Origin: an uncultured delta proteobacterium
Lineage (GTDB): Bacteria > Desulfobacterota > Binatia > UBA9968
NCBI GenBank assembly: GCA_963737905.1
Contig: CAVTUQ010000009.1
Location: forward strand, 160,001-224,000
DNA length: 64,000 nucleotides
Reading direction: 5' to 3'
In this document: positions 1 through 8,526 of the stretch, piece by piece
Numbering within the stretch: the stretch's first letter is position 1
Layout of the letters: every line of letters begins with the position of its first letter
Notes under the pieces: generated by a model
What the model saw: only the letters and a program-made list of their open reading frames with translations
Databases searched by the model: none
What the model was told of the DNA's origin: nothing
Position numbers and translations under genes: made by a program

Positions 1-103
1 CAACGACGCTCTTGATCTGCTTTCCTTGATAATAGTTGGTCTGGCCGAAAAGTGGATACTGTGACCCAAGAATTAAACAAAGGGTAAGGATCAGTCTTTT
101 CAT
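1..103 (-). CDS. tctC: 5' end of Bug/TctC-family tripartite tricarboxylate transporter substrate-binding protein (runs off window)
   Basis: Reverse strand reads MKRLILTLCLILGSQYPLFGQTNYYQGKQIKSVV: signal peptide plus YxGK motif shared with the TctC-like ORFs at 15077 and 40561; AGGAG RBS upstream; follows tctB. Confidence 0.7.
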   Translation of the reverse strand, partial: MKRLILTLCLILGSQYPLFGQTNYYQGKQIKSVV

Positions 104-180
104 AAACAACTCCTACTTGTAGCTCTTAGACGACAATAGGGAAGGTTCAATACAATAACCCTAAATCATAGCAGGCCTCG

Positions 181-318
181 TAAAGATGAGTCGGGGTTGG
201 CGGAGACGGTAAAGCGAGGCCGGTTTCAGAAGATGGAAGAAGAGGAGGGCCGCACATTTGAAGGCGCGATACCGCTGGTGGTATCGCGCCACCTCTGAAC
301 CCTTGACTCATCTTTTTA
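181..318. repeat. ~135 bp MITE-like/structured intergenic element with terminal inverted repeats and internal hairpin
   Basis: AAAGATGAGTCGGGGTT (182-198) pairs imperfectly with AACCCTTGACTCATCTTT (298-315); perfect 11-bp stem GGCGCGATACC/GGTATCGCGCC at 263-290. Confidence 0.55.
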
Positions 319-342
319 TGGAGCGTCGTTGGGTGACTCGCT

Positions 343-828
343 TTAATATCCCAACCAAGTGAAAATGAGTCCATCAGGGAATGGCAAAGTTAAAAGCTTA
401 ACAAACAGGAAATAGAAAAATACCCACGCTAGTCAAGTCAAAATAATGGAAATCATCCACTTCTCGTTTGACTGAATCTTAAGATAAGAAAAAACCATTA
501 ACGGGATCGTGATGGAGAAGCCGATCAGCCAGATACTGAAGAAGAAGCCGAAGAGCCAGCAGAACATGGTAATCGCTCGGCGTTTGGCTATCTTAGGGTC
601 AACCGTCTGGCTGAACTGATAGTCCATAACCGGGGCTTCGTCCTTTTGTTTTCTTTCCACCCCCTTCAAGTCGAGGATCACCTGGATGAGGGCCAAGATG
701 ATCATGGGGATGCCGATGGCCCACGGGTAAAGCCGGGCCTGGAGTCGCCAATCTTGGGCTTGATAAACGAAGACGATAAAAAAGATAAGAAAAACAAAGC
801 TAAAAATAGCTTGAGGTTTGACCTTCAA
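343..828 (-). CDS. tctB: TctB-family tripartite tricarboxylate transporter small membrane subunit (in-frame TGA at 433-435)
   Basis: Hydrophobic helices, ARLYP motif; the same frame continues past TGA as LAWVFFYFLFVKLLTLPFPDGL, a typical TctB C-terminus; TTG start after AAGGAGG. Confidence 0.7.
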
Positions 829-842
829 GAGGAGATCCCTCC

Positions 843-1868
843 TTAGTTTGCCCAACCGTAGAGCCTGACGGCGTTAGCGCGCATGATCTTATCCTTTTGT
901 TTGTCGCTGATATCTTTCCGCTCCTTCACCGTTGACGTCATGTAAGGGAAGCTGCCATCCCAGTGAGGGTAGTCCGACGCGAATAAAATCGTATCTTCGC
1001 CGATCCGTTCCATCACGTAGGGCAAGGTGCTTTCTTCCGGTTCGGTGGCGTAGAACCAATTGCCGCTGGTCATATATTCGCTCGGTTTCTTTTTAAGCAG
1101 CGGCGCTTCCGACTGCCGTTTCTCCCATTCTTCGTCCAAACGGTCCATCCAGTAGGGGACCCAACCACAACCGCATTCCAGAAAAGCTATGCGCAACCGG
1201 GGAAACTTCTCGGGCACACCCCCATACATCAGGGCAGCGCAATCTAGCAGAGTTTCGAATGGACGTCCAATGGTATGACGGAAAAGGAAAGTGTCAAAGC
1301 GGATCTCGCCGGCCGGTCCCTGGCGCGAATTGTGGATTAACAAGGGCGCGTTGAGTTTTTGGAGTTCTTCGTAGATGGGCCAATAGGTAGGCTGTCCCAC
1401 ATGTTCTTTCATGCCAAACGTGCCCACCGTGATGCCGACGAGGCCCAACTTGGTAATCGCCCGATTGACCTCTTTGACCGCAGCATCGACATCCTGAAAC
1501 GGCACAAGTCCCACGGCCTTGAGACGCGGGCTTTCAGCGCAGAGGCTTGCGACCCAATCATTGTACCCGCGACAAAAGGCGGCCGCGTAATCTTTCTCCG
1601 GCAGTTGGGTTACTCCGAACCCCCCGGTGGGGAAAAGAACCGAGATGTCAATTTTTTCAGTGTCCATGTCCTTCAGGCGGGTGGGCACATCGGTAATATT
1701 CAAGCCGAGTGTGCCGTACATGCTGGAGTCCCAGACATCATTCGGCAGCAGTGACCCCTGGCGTCGGCTGTAAGGCTCTGCCATGAATTTTCGAATGTCC
1801 GCGTCGCGATCTCTCACATGACCATCGGCATCGATAATCTTTACATTGGCCAGATTGGGGCTTTCCAT
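843..1868 (-). CDS. Amidohydrolase family 2 protein
   Basis: IIDADGH metal motif, LECGCGW, FASDYPHWD. Confidence 0.9.
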   Translation of the reverse strand: MESPNLANVKIIDADGHVRDRDADIRKFMAEPYSRRQGSLLPNDVWDSSMYGTLGLNITDVPTRLKDMDTEKIDISVLFPTGGFGVTQLPEKDYAAAFCRGYNDWVASLCAESPRLKAVGLVPFQDVDAAVKEVNRAITKLGLVGITVGTFGMKEHVGQPTYWPIYEELQKLNAPLLIHNSRQGPAGEIRFDTFLFRHTIGRPFETLLDCAALMYGGVPEKFPRLRIAFLECGCGWVPYWMDRLDEEWEKRQSEAPLLKKKPSEYMTSGNWFYATEPEESTLPYVMERIGEDTILFASDYPHWDGSFPYMTSTVKERKDISDKQKDKIMRANAVRLYGWAN

Positions 1869-1909
1869 AAAAAATTCCTCCTCAAATAAAAATCAACAAT
1901 TAGAAATAC

Positions 1910-2003
1910 GGAGTGCTGGGGTACTGGAGCATTGGAGTATTGGGTCGTTGCGCGATACGCATTACTCCATCACTCCCATTCTCTTTTCCTTCATCACTCC
2001 AGT
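1910..2003. repeat. 8-mer periodic inverted repeat (GGAGTATT / AATACTCC family)
   Basis: ggagtgct-ggggtact-ggagcatt-ggagtatt followed by attactcc-atcactcc...atcactcc. Confidence 0.7.
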
Positions 2004-2004
2004 C

Positions 2005-3054
2005 TTATGCTGCGAACCGCACTTGCGCCGGATTGAGGGCGCCGAACTTTGCTTTGTTTGCTGTAATCTCCAACGACTCCGCGACTTTTTCAATGCCTTC
2101 GAGTTTATGAGTGATCATCGGATCGATGTTGATTCTTTTCTGCGCGATCAAACGCGCGGCGAGAACCATTTGCTTCGGTGTCGCCAGCTCCGGCGGGAAC
2201 ATGTACGTGACCCTTTTGGCCCTTAAATAATTGAAGTCGAGTGTCACCGGCTCATGAAAATGCGGAATACTCATCACCTTTCCGCCGGCAGCTACACACG
2301 CAACTGCATCCGTAACCGTCGAACCGCCCGAAAGTCCCATCTTCGGGCTGCCGCTGGCAGCTTCAATCACAAACGGTACGCCTTTACCTTCGGTGAGCTC
2401 CATCACTCGCTCAACGACATTTTCCTTCGCCGCATTGATGGTGATATCGGCTCCAAGTGTGTGGGCCATTTGTAGAATATCGTCGCGACGATCCACGCCA
2501 ATAACCGTGTCGGCGCCCGCCGCCTTCGCGACTTGGGTGCAGTTAAGGCCCATGACGCCCTGGCCAAAGACCAAGACCGTGTCGCCCAACGTGACGCCGA
2601 GGGCGGTTACGTCGAAGATGCAGCTGGTCAGGGGTTGTATCGCGGCCACTTCCCAATCTGTAACGCCGTCAGGCATCTTGGCCAGCGCATCGAGGGGTAT
2701 AGCGGCATATTCCGAGAAACAGCCAGGGAAATCACGCCCAATGGTGCCAATGTGCGTGTGGGTAGCGCCGACGCGGTCGCCCGAGTGCAAGCCATATTGG
2801 TTCTTTTCATCAACGTCGACAATTTCGGCGCAAAACTCGTGACCAAACAGCTGTTGCGGGCCCTTGGCGAGTGCCTTTTTGACTTTATCGTAACTGTTGG
2901 AGCGCTCTCCATAGAAGAGCTGAACTTCCGTGACCGAGGGCTGAACCACTTTGGTTTTGACGATGGCCCAACCGGGCTTGATTACCGGGTAGGGCACTTC
3001 TTCAAGTCGTATTTCATTGAAGGCGTGGGTCAACCAGCCCCTGACGGTCTTCAT
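2005..3054 (-). CDS. Medium-chain (zinc-binding-type) dehydrogenase/reductase
   Basis: GHE motif, GQGVMG Rossmann motif, MDR C-terminus (ITHKL); lacks the catalytic and structural Zn cysteines. Confidence 0.85.
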   Translation of the reverse strand: MKTVRGWLTHAFNEIRLEEVPYPVIKPGWAIVKTKVVQPSVTEVQLFYGERSNSYDKVKKALAKGPQQLFGHEFCAEIVDVDEKNQYGLHSGDRVGATHTHIGTIGRDFPGCFSEYAAIPLDALAKMPDGVTDWEVAAIQPLTSCIFDVTALGVTLGDTVLVFGQGVMGLNCTQVAKAAGADTVIGVDRRDDILQMAHTLGADITINAAKENVVERVMELTEGKGVPFVIEAASGSPKMGLSGGSTVTDAVACVAAGGKVMSIPHFHEPVTLDFNYLRAKRVTYMFPPELATPKQMVLAARLIAQKRINIDPMITHKLEGIEKVAESLEITANKAKFGALNPAQVRFAA

Positions 3055-3177
3055 AACTCGATCTCCTTTTTCCGCAGAAGCGATACCACAGGCGCGAATG
3101 AGAGGTCAATGGTTATGCAAGTCTTTTTTTGTCGGATCGAGGTGTGATAAGGGGGAGCCAAAGCCGAGTGGTACATT

Positions 3178-4374
3178 ATGGACTTTCGTCTTTCGAGCGC
3201 CGAAGAGGGCCTGCGCAAAAAGGTCGAGGAATTCGTTCGCGATGAACTGATCCCTCGTGAGCCGGAATTTGCGCAGGCGCCGGATATTTTTGAAGGCAGC
3301 CGGTGGAAAAGCCGCGCGAGGTTGAGCCGTGATCCGGAAATTCGTCGTTACATCGAAATCATGGAAGGCTTGGAGAAGAGGGCGGAAGCCGCCGGTCTAT
3401 GGTATCTCGACGTTCCCCAGGAATATGGCGGACTCGATGTCAGCAATGTCGCCATGATCGCCGTAACCGAGGAGCTTGAGAAAACGTCGATCCCGTTCGA
3501 GCTCGGCAACCATGTTTCGAATATACTTTACAGTTGTCGCGGCGATCAGATCGACCGCTTCCTGCTGCCGTGCATTCGTGGGGAAAAGACTTCGGCATTC
3601 GGCTTGAGTGAACCGGCATCCGGCGCCGACCCTTCCATGCTCCTAACGACCGCGACGCCTGACGGCGAGGACTTCGTTATCAATGGGACGAAGATGTTTC
3701 CAACCTTTGCTGACGTTGCGGACTTTGTCCAGCTTTTCGCGCGTCTGCCGGGCACAAAAGGTCGCGAGGGAGTGACTTGCTTTTTGATCGATACGGGAAC
3801 GCCGGGATATCGCGTCGCGCGCAGTATTGCGACGATCGCCGGCACCGAACCGTGCGAGCTCATTTTCGAGGACTGCCGCGTTTCAAAGACGCAAGTGTTA
3901 GGCGAAGTGGGCAACGGTTGGGAACTCAACCAGGCCTGGTTAGGCGCTAGACGATTTCAGGTCGGCATTCGCTCTCACGGTATGTCGCAGCGGGTCTTAC
4001 GGTATGTGGCGGATCTGTTGCGCCATGACTCCCAGGAAGCCGAAAAGTTCGCGGGAACGCTCGGCCATTTCTTGGCGGAACTGGCCGCGCTACGAACTTT
4101 GACCTATTGCGGTGCCTGGAAGGCCGATCAAAAAATGGATGTCCGTTCCGAGGCCGCCAACGTAAAGCTGTTTGGCACCGAGCTGGTCCACAAGATCATT
4201 GATTTTGCCTTCGAGGTTGCGGGCCCTTCTGTGCTGCGTAAAGAGCATGCCGTCGCCAGAGCTTTCCGCCACGCGCGTTCTCGACGGATTGTCGAAGGAC
4301 CGTCGGAAATCCAACGTCATATTATCCAGCGGGCTCTGTTTCGCGAAGGCGTGGAGTCTTTGGAGTTGATCTAG
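3178..4374 (+). CDS. Acyl-CoA dehydrogenase (putative catalytic subunit of heteromer)
   Basis: MDFRLS, FGLSEPASGAD, INGTKMF, IVEGPSEIQR. Confidence 0.9.
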   Translation: MDFRLSSAEEGLRKKVEEFVRDELIPREPEFAQAPDIFEGSRWKSRARLSRDPEIRRYIEIMEGLEKRAEAAGLWYLDVPQEYGGLDVSNVAMIAVTEELEKTSIPFELGNHVSNILYSCRGDQIDRFLLPCIRGEKTSAFGLSEPASGADPSMLLTTATPDGEDFVINGTKMFPTFADVADFVQLFARLPGTKGREGVTCFLIDTGTPGYRVARSIATIAGTEPCELIFEDCRVSKTQVLGEVGNGWELNQAWLGARRFQVGIRSHGMSQRVLRYVADLLRHDSQEAEKFAGTLGHFLAELAALRTLTYCGAWKADQKMDVRSEAANVKLFGTELVHKIIDFAFEVAGPSVLRKEHAVARAFRHARSRRIVEGPSEIQRHIIQRALFREGVESLELI

Positions 4375-4395
4375 AGGCTGGGAGGGAAAGAAATT

Positions 4396-4480
4396 AACCG
4401 CAAAGGCTGCAAAGAACACAAATGGTAGGGACGGGTTCAACCCCACTCCTACTTTGCGGTCTATGCGTTCTTTTGCGGTT
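4396..4480. repeat. 9-mer periodic hairpin (AACCGCAAAG.../...CTTTGCGGTT) with nested GTAG-type REP-like palindrome (4425-4452)
   Basis: aaccgcaaaggctgcaaagaacacaaa ... gtagggacgggttcaaccccactcctac ... tttgcggtctatgcgttcttttgcggtt; a second copy without the insert lies at 9529-9593. Confidence 0.7.
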
Positions 4481-4494
4481 TCTCTGTTTGTTTT

Positions 4495-5628
4495 ATGGAT
4501 TTTAAGCTAACCGAAGAGCAAGAGCTTATCAGAAACACTGCGGCGCAGTTTGTGCGGCGAGAGTTACTGCCGCTGGAAGGCGCCTATCTGAAGCAGGAAG
4601 AGTTGTTTCTGCCTCCCGGAGATCCGCCGCGACGCGAGCTTGATCCTGATATCCGCGAAGCTCTGATGCGTCGCGCTAAGCAAGTCGGGCTCTGGGCGCT
4701 GGAGCTGCCGGAATCGGCGGGTGGATCAGCGATGACCGCAATGGCGCGGGTTCTTATACATCGCGAGTTTGGTCGAACGATTTTGCCCTTTGAACCGCTT
4801 TGTATTCCCGCATTGATGGCGGAGAACAATCATGTGAACGAGATCGTTGACGGCAAACTCGCCCTCGGGTTTGCTTTCGATGAGGTTCACAAAACCGGAA
4901 CTTTCCAGAGCATTCGAACGCGCTACCGGGAGATCTCCGGTGGTTATTTGCTCAGCAATGCCAGTATCGACATAATCAAACCTGGCTCTGATCTCCACCT
5001 TTTCCCGGCGAAGGAGGAGGGAACGGAGCGCCTTGGCTTGTTCTTGCTTGACAGGAATACGCCTGGGGTTTCCATCGGAGACGAAGTTGACCTGACCACG
5101 GATGCAAGCGTGGGAAGGATGACCTTGCGCGATTGTAAGCTTCGGAGCGAACAGTTGGTGGGATACGAGTACGAGGTCGCAGCGATCATCGCGTCAGAGC
5201 AGTTGCGCATTGCAGCGCGTTCTCTGGGAATCGGCATGCGCTGCCTCGCCAACTCCATTGATCACGCCCGGAACCGGATCACCTTCGGGAGACCGCTGGC
5301 TCAACGCCAGGCGATTCAATGGATGCTGGCGGACCTGTCCATCGATTTGCGCACTTGCACGTGGCTCACTTTGGAGGCCGCCTGGCGGGCAGATCAGGAA
5401 TTGCCTTATTTTCAAGCGGCCGCTCTGGCCAAGAAGCGGGCTGCAAAGATGGCCTTCGAAGCCGCCGACACTGCGATCCAGATTCATGGCGGCTACGGAG
5501 TCTGCAAGGAATTCCCGTTTGAAGGATTCTATCGCGAGGCGCGGCTGATGCGGTTGCTCTACGGGCGTGAGGGCGAAATCGATCGGACGATCGGCGAGCG
5601 ATTCCTGAGAGAAGGCGATAGGCACTAG
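4495..5628 (+). CDS. Acyl-CoA dehydrogenase (degenerate partner subunit)
   Basis: MDFKLTEEQ, RITFGRPLAQRQAIQ, IQIHGGYG; lacks SEP and the catalytic-Glu motif. Confidence 0.85.
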   Translation: MDFKLTEEQELIRNTAAQFVRRELLPLEGAYLKQEELFLPPGDPPRRELDPDIREALMRRAKQVGLWALELPESAGGSAMTAMARVLIHREFGRTILPFEPLCIPALMAENNHVNEIVDGKLALGFAFDEVHKTGTFQSIRTRYREISGGYLLSNASIDIIKPGSDLHLFPAKEEGTERLGLFLLDRNTPGVSIGDEVDLTTDASVGRMTLRDCKLRSEQLVGYEYEVAAIIASEQLRIAARSLGIGMRCLANSIDHARNRITFGRPLAQRQAIQWMLADLSIDLRTCTWLTLEAAWRADQELPYFQAAALAKKRAAKMAFEAADTAIQIHGGYGVCKEFPFEGFYREARLMRLLYGREGEIDRTIGERFLREGDRH

Positions 5629-5629
5629 G

Positions 5630-5722
5630 CAACGGTTTGAACTGCTTGAACGTATTGAACGTTTTGAACGAAACCACGTATTTTGGTTCAAGTGTTCAAA
5701 TCGTCCAAAAAGTTCAAGTCGT
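5630..5722. repeat. 9-mer periodic inverted repeat (TTGAAC / GTTCAA family)
   Basis: ttgaactgc-ttgaacgta-ttgaacgtt-ttgaac then gttcaagt-gttcaaat-cgtccaa-gttcaa; related copies at 18198-18320 and 28114-28210. Confidence 0.7.
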
Positions 5723-5753
5723 GTTTCTGGGTTAGCTGATAAGGGAGGGAAGA

Positions 5754-6905
5754 ATGCGACGTAAGAAAGTTTGTTTCGTTGGTTACGGATCGACGGAGTA
5801 TTCGCGAAAATCCGAGGCGCCGGTCTTGTGGTATTACGCCGAGGCTATCCGCAATGCTCTGAAGCAAACAGGACTTCACAAGAAGGAGATCCAGGGGCTT
5901 TCGATCACGACTCAAGTGAGTCCCGACTACTCGCCTCATGTGGCGGAGCAGCTTGGGTTGGAAGTGGATTGGGTGTTAAACGGCGATTACGGCGGTGCCG
6001 GCGGCGTGATGAGTGTGCGCCGGGCGGCGGACGCCATCGAAGCGGGTCACGTCGATCTTATTGTCCTGGTGGGCGGCAACTCCTTCGACAGAAGTACTCC
6101 ACAGCAACGTCTGCTTGAGTATCAGCGCGCGAATTATGTCGATGTCTACGGTTACGGCGGACCGAACACGCTCATGGCGCTGATCCAACGGCTGCACATG
6201 GCGCAGTACGGCACGACACTCGAGCAGATCGGCAAGATCGCTATGGCGCAGCGGGAGAACGCGCTCAATAATTCACAGGCGTTGTTTCGCGAGCCCATGA
6301 GTTTTCAGGATTATCTCAATTCGCGGATGATTTCAGATCCCATCCGTCTCTTCGATTGCGTGATGCCTTGTTCCGGCGCCGAGTGTGTGATCTTGGCTTC
6401 GGAGGAGAAAGCCAAAAAGATCACCGACAAACTTGTTTATCTTGTCACGGACGCGGAGAGATCTCATTTTCAGGTTGCCAATATGCTCCCGGACAAGACG
6501 ACTTTCGGAATGAAAATCGTTGGCGAGCGCATCTTCAGCGAAGTCAAGCGCGAGGATATCGACCTTTTTGAAATCTACGACGACTATCCCATCGCCGTCA
6601 TGATTCAGATTGAAGACTTTGGCTATTGCAAGAAAGGCGAGGGCGGTAAATTCGTCGAGGTTCACGATTTGACTTATAAGGGAGATTTTCCCGTCAATAC
6701 CGGTGGCGGCGAGCTCTCCGTCGGGCAAGCGGGACTGGCCGGCGGTTTTCTGCACATCGTTGAGGCATTGCGACAGCTCCGAGGCGAGGCCGAGGGACAT
6801 CAAGTAAAAAAGGCCGAGCGTGCCCTGGTGACCGGAATCGGGTGGTTGAACTACGGCCGCAATCTCGGCACCACGGCGGCCCTGGTCTTGGAAAGGAGAA
6901 AGTGA
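5754..6905 (+). CDS. Thiolase-family (SCP2/Ltp2-like, non-canonical) protein
   Basis: SRMISDPIRLFDC, EIYDDY, VNTGGGELS; Gly-rich GGAGG where the thiolase nucleophilic Cys would be; adjacent to DUF35. Confidence 0.85.
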   Translation: MRRKKVCFVGYGSTEYSRKSEAPVLWYYAEAIRNALKQTGLHKKEIQGLSITTQVSPDYSPHVAEQLGLEVDWVLNGDYGGAGGVMSVRRAADAIEAGHVDLIVLVGGNSFDRSTPQQRLLEYQRANYVDVYGYGGPNTLMALIQRLHMAQYGTTLEQIGKIAMAQRENALNNSQALFREPMSFQDYLNSRMISDPIRLFDCVMPCSGAECVILASEEKAKKITDKLVYLVTDAERSHFQVANMLPDKTTFGMKIVGERIFSEVKREDIDLFEIYDDYPIAVMIQIEDFGYCKKGEGGKFVEVHDLTYKGDFPVNTGGGELSVGQAGLAGGFLHIVEALRQLRGEAEGHQVKKAERALVTGIGWLNYGRNLGTTAALVLERRK

Positions 6906-7327
6906 TGGCGGAAGCGAGCTTACCTAAAAAGAGCCTACCTAAGATCAATAAAGTTGACGAGCCTTACTGGAAAGGCGCCGCTGCCGGCAAACTCCTGCTG
7001 CAAAAGTGCAAAGCCTGCGGCAAGCTCCAGTTCTTTCCGCGCGTGGTTTGTGTCGATTGCTTCAGCGGCGATATCGATTGGATTGAAGCCAAAGGGACCG
7101 GCAAAGTGCATACCTTCTCTTGGGTGCGCGTGCCGCGCAATCCCGCCTTCAAAGAAGACGTCCCCATCTGCTACATCAATGTGATTTTAGACGAAGGTGT
7201 GATCATGGAAAGCCGTCTGGTGGGAAAGGGAATCGACAACGTTAAGCTCGGCGACAGAGTCAAAGTGTCGTTTCAAGAAACGCACGACCCGGCGATCAAG
7301 CTACCTGTGTTTGAGTTGACCGGCTAG
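6905..7327 (+). CDS. Zn-ribbon/OB-fold (DUF35, ChsH2-like) protein
   Basis: CKAC...FFPRVVCVDC Zn ribbon, G.G.VHTFS; TGATG overlap with the thiolase gene. Confidence 0.9.
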   Translation: MAEASLPKKSLPKINKVDEPYWKGAAAGKLLLQKCKACGKLQFFPRVVCVDCFSGDIDWIEAKGTGKVHTFSWVRVPRNPAFKEDVPICYINVILDEGVIMESRLVGKGIDNVKLGDRVKVSFQETHDPAIKLPVFELTG

Positions 7328-7332
7328 CAATT

Positions 7333-7365
7333 TTTGATTTTCGATTACCGATTTTAGATTGCGGT
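7333..7365. repeat. 7-mer tandem repeat (GATTTTC/GATTTTA) after stop codon; second copy at 8410-8445
   Basis: gattttc-gattacc-gatttta-gattgcg. Confidence 0.6.
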
Positions 7366-7433
7366 TAGACAGATAGTGAAACACAACTCAGAAATAGAAA
7401 TAACAATGATGAAGTAATCGATAGGGAGGAACC

Positions 7434-8411
7434 ATGAAAGCGAAAGACGTCCGCTGGTGGTTTGCAACTTTCCTGATTACGGCATTTTTTCTGACCGTTG
7501 ACGCACACGCTGGGCAGAAGGATTTACAAAAACTCACGGTGGGCTACACCCCCATTTCGGGCGCCGCAATTCCGTTCTTTATCGCGGTAGAAGAAAAAAT
7601 CTTTCAAAAATACGGCTTCGAGGTCGCTCCGGTGTTTATGGGTGGGTCGCCGCTCATTAATTCGGCGATTCTTGCCGGAGAATTTCCCATTGGCTACACG
7701 GGAGGAGGCGCGATCATATCGAGCCGTCTCAGCGGTAGCGATCTCATCGCCATCGCGGAGCCATTGCCAGTTCTGACCATCGATGGTTGGGCAAAGCCCG
7801 AGATCAAGTCTGTTACGGATCTCAGGGGGAAGAGAGTCGGCGTGACGCGCTTCGGGGCATCGAGTTATTTCGCAGGGCTCTCGATGCTGGAGTCGGCTGG
7901 GATCAAGCCCAACGAGGTAACTTTTATCCAAAACGGCGGTGTCGGAGAGTCTTACGCTGCCCTTGTGGGCGGTCGAGTAGACGTTTGCATGATCGGCTAC
8001 CCGTTCGGGTTGAGGGCGAAGAAAGAAGGTTTCCATCTCCTTTTCCGCCCTTCGGACACCGAATATGGCCTGTTCCCCACGGCTGTCATCGGAGCTCGAG
8101 AATCCTGGCTGAAGGATGGCAAGAACCGCAAGTTTGCAATGGACTTTTTACGCGCGCTCAATGAAGGGCAACGGCTCGCTAGAGAAAATGCCGAAGTAAC
8201 CAAAAAAGCTCTGGGAAGATTTACCCGAACCAAGAACGATGCGGAATTGCAAGGTAGCTTTGATTTCTACAAAGACGCTTTTTCCAGCACCCTCCGGGTG
8301 GTAGAGAAGTCCATGGCGAATGCGCTCAAATTTGTCGAGCATCCCAAGGCCAAAGGGGCCGATGTCAAGCAGTTTTATGACAACAGTTTGGTCGACGAAG
8401 CCATAAAATGA
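7434..8411 (+). CDS. NMT1/SsuA-like ABC substrate-binding protein
   Basis: Signal peptide, IAVEEKIFQKYG, DLRGKRVGVTRFG, GRVD. Confidence 0.85.
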   Translation: MKAKDVRWWFATFLITAFFLTVDAHAGQKDLQKLTVGYTPISGAAIPFFIAVEEKIFQKYGFEVAPVFMGGSPLINSAILAGEFPIGYTGGGAIISSRLSGSDLIAIAEPLPVLTIDGWAKPEIKSVTDLRGKRVGVTRFGASSYFAGLSMLESAGIKPNEVTFIQNGGVGESYAALVGGRVDVCMIGYPFGLRAKKEGFHLLFRPSDTEYGLFPTAVIGARESWLKDGKNRKFAMDFLRALNEGQRLARENAEVTKKALGRFTRTKNDAELQGSFDFYKDAFSSTLRVVEKSMANALKFVEHPKAKGADVKQFYDNSLVDEAIK

Positions 8412-8526
8412 TTTTGGATTGCCGATTTTCGATTTTAGATTCCGCGATTCTCAACCATGCCCTCTCCCTAAGAAGGGCGAGGGTCAACAAAAATCGTCTT
8501 AGGCTCAAACTAAGGAAGAAGCGACT

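Noticed and set aside
147-374. 75-aa ORF or 6S RNA
   Set aside because: The ORF overlaps the inverted-repeat element and the tctB tail; the sequence lacks recognisable 6S central-bubble motifs
433-435. Selenocysteine or alternative genetic code at the tctB TGA
   Set aside because: The position is in a TM helix with no catalytic Cys equivalent, no evident SECIS, and TGA terminates many other genes normally
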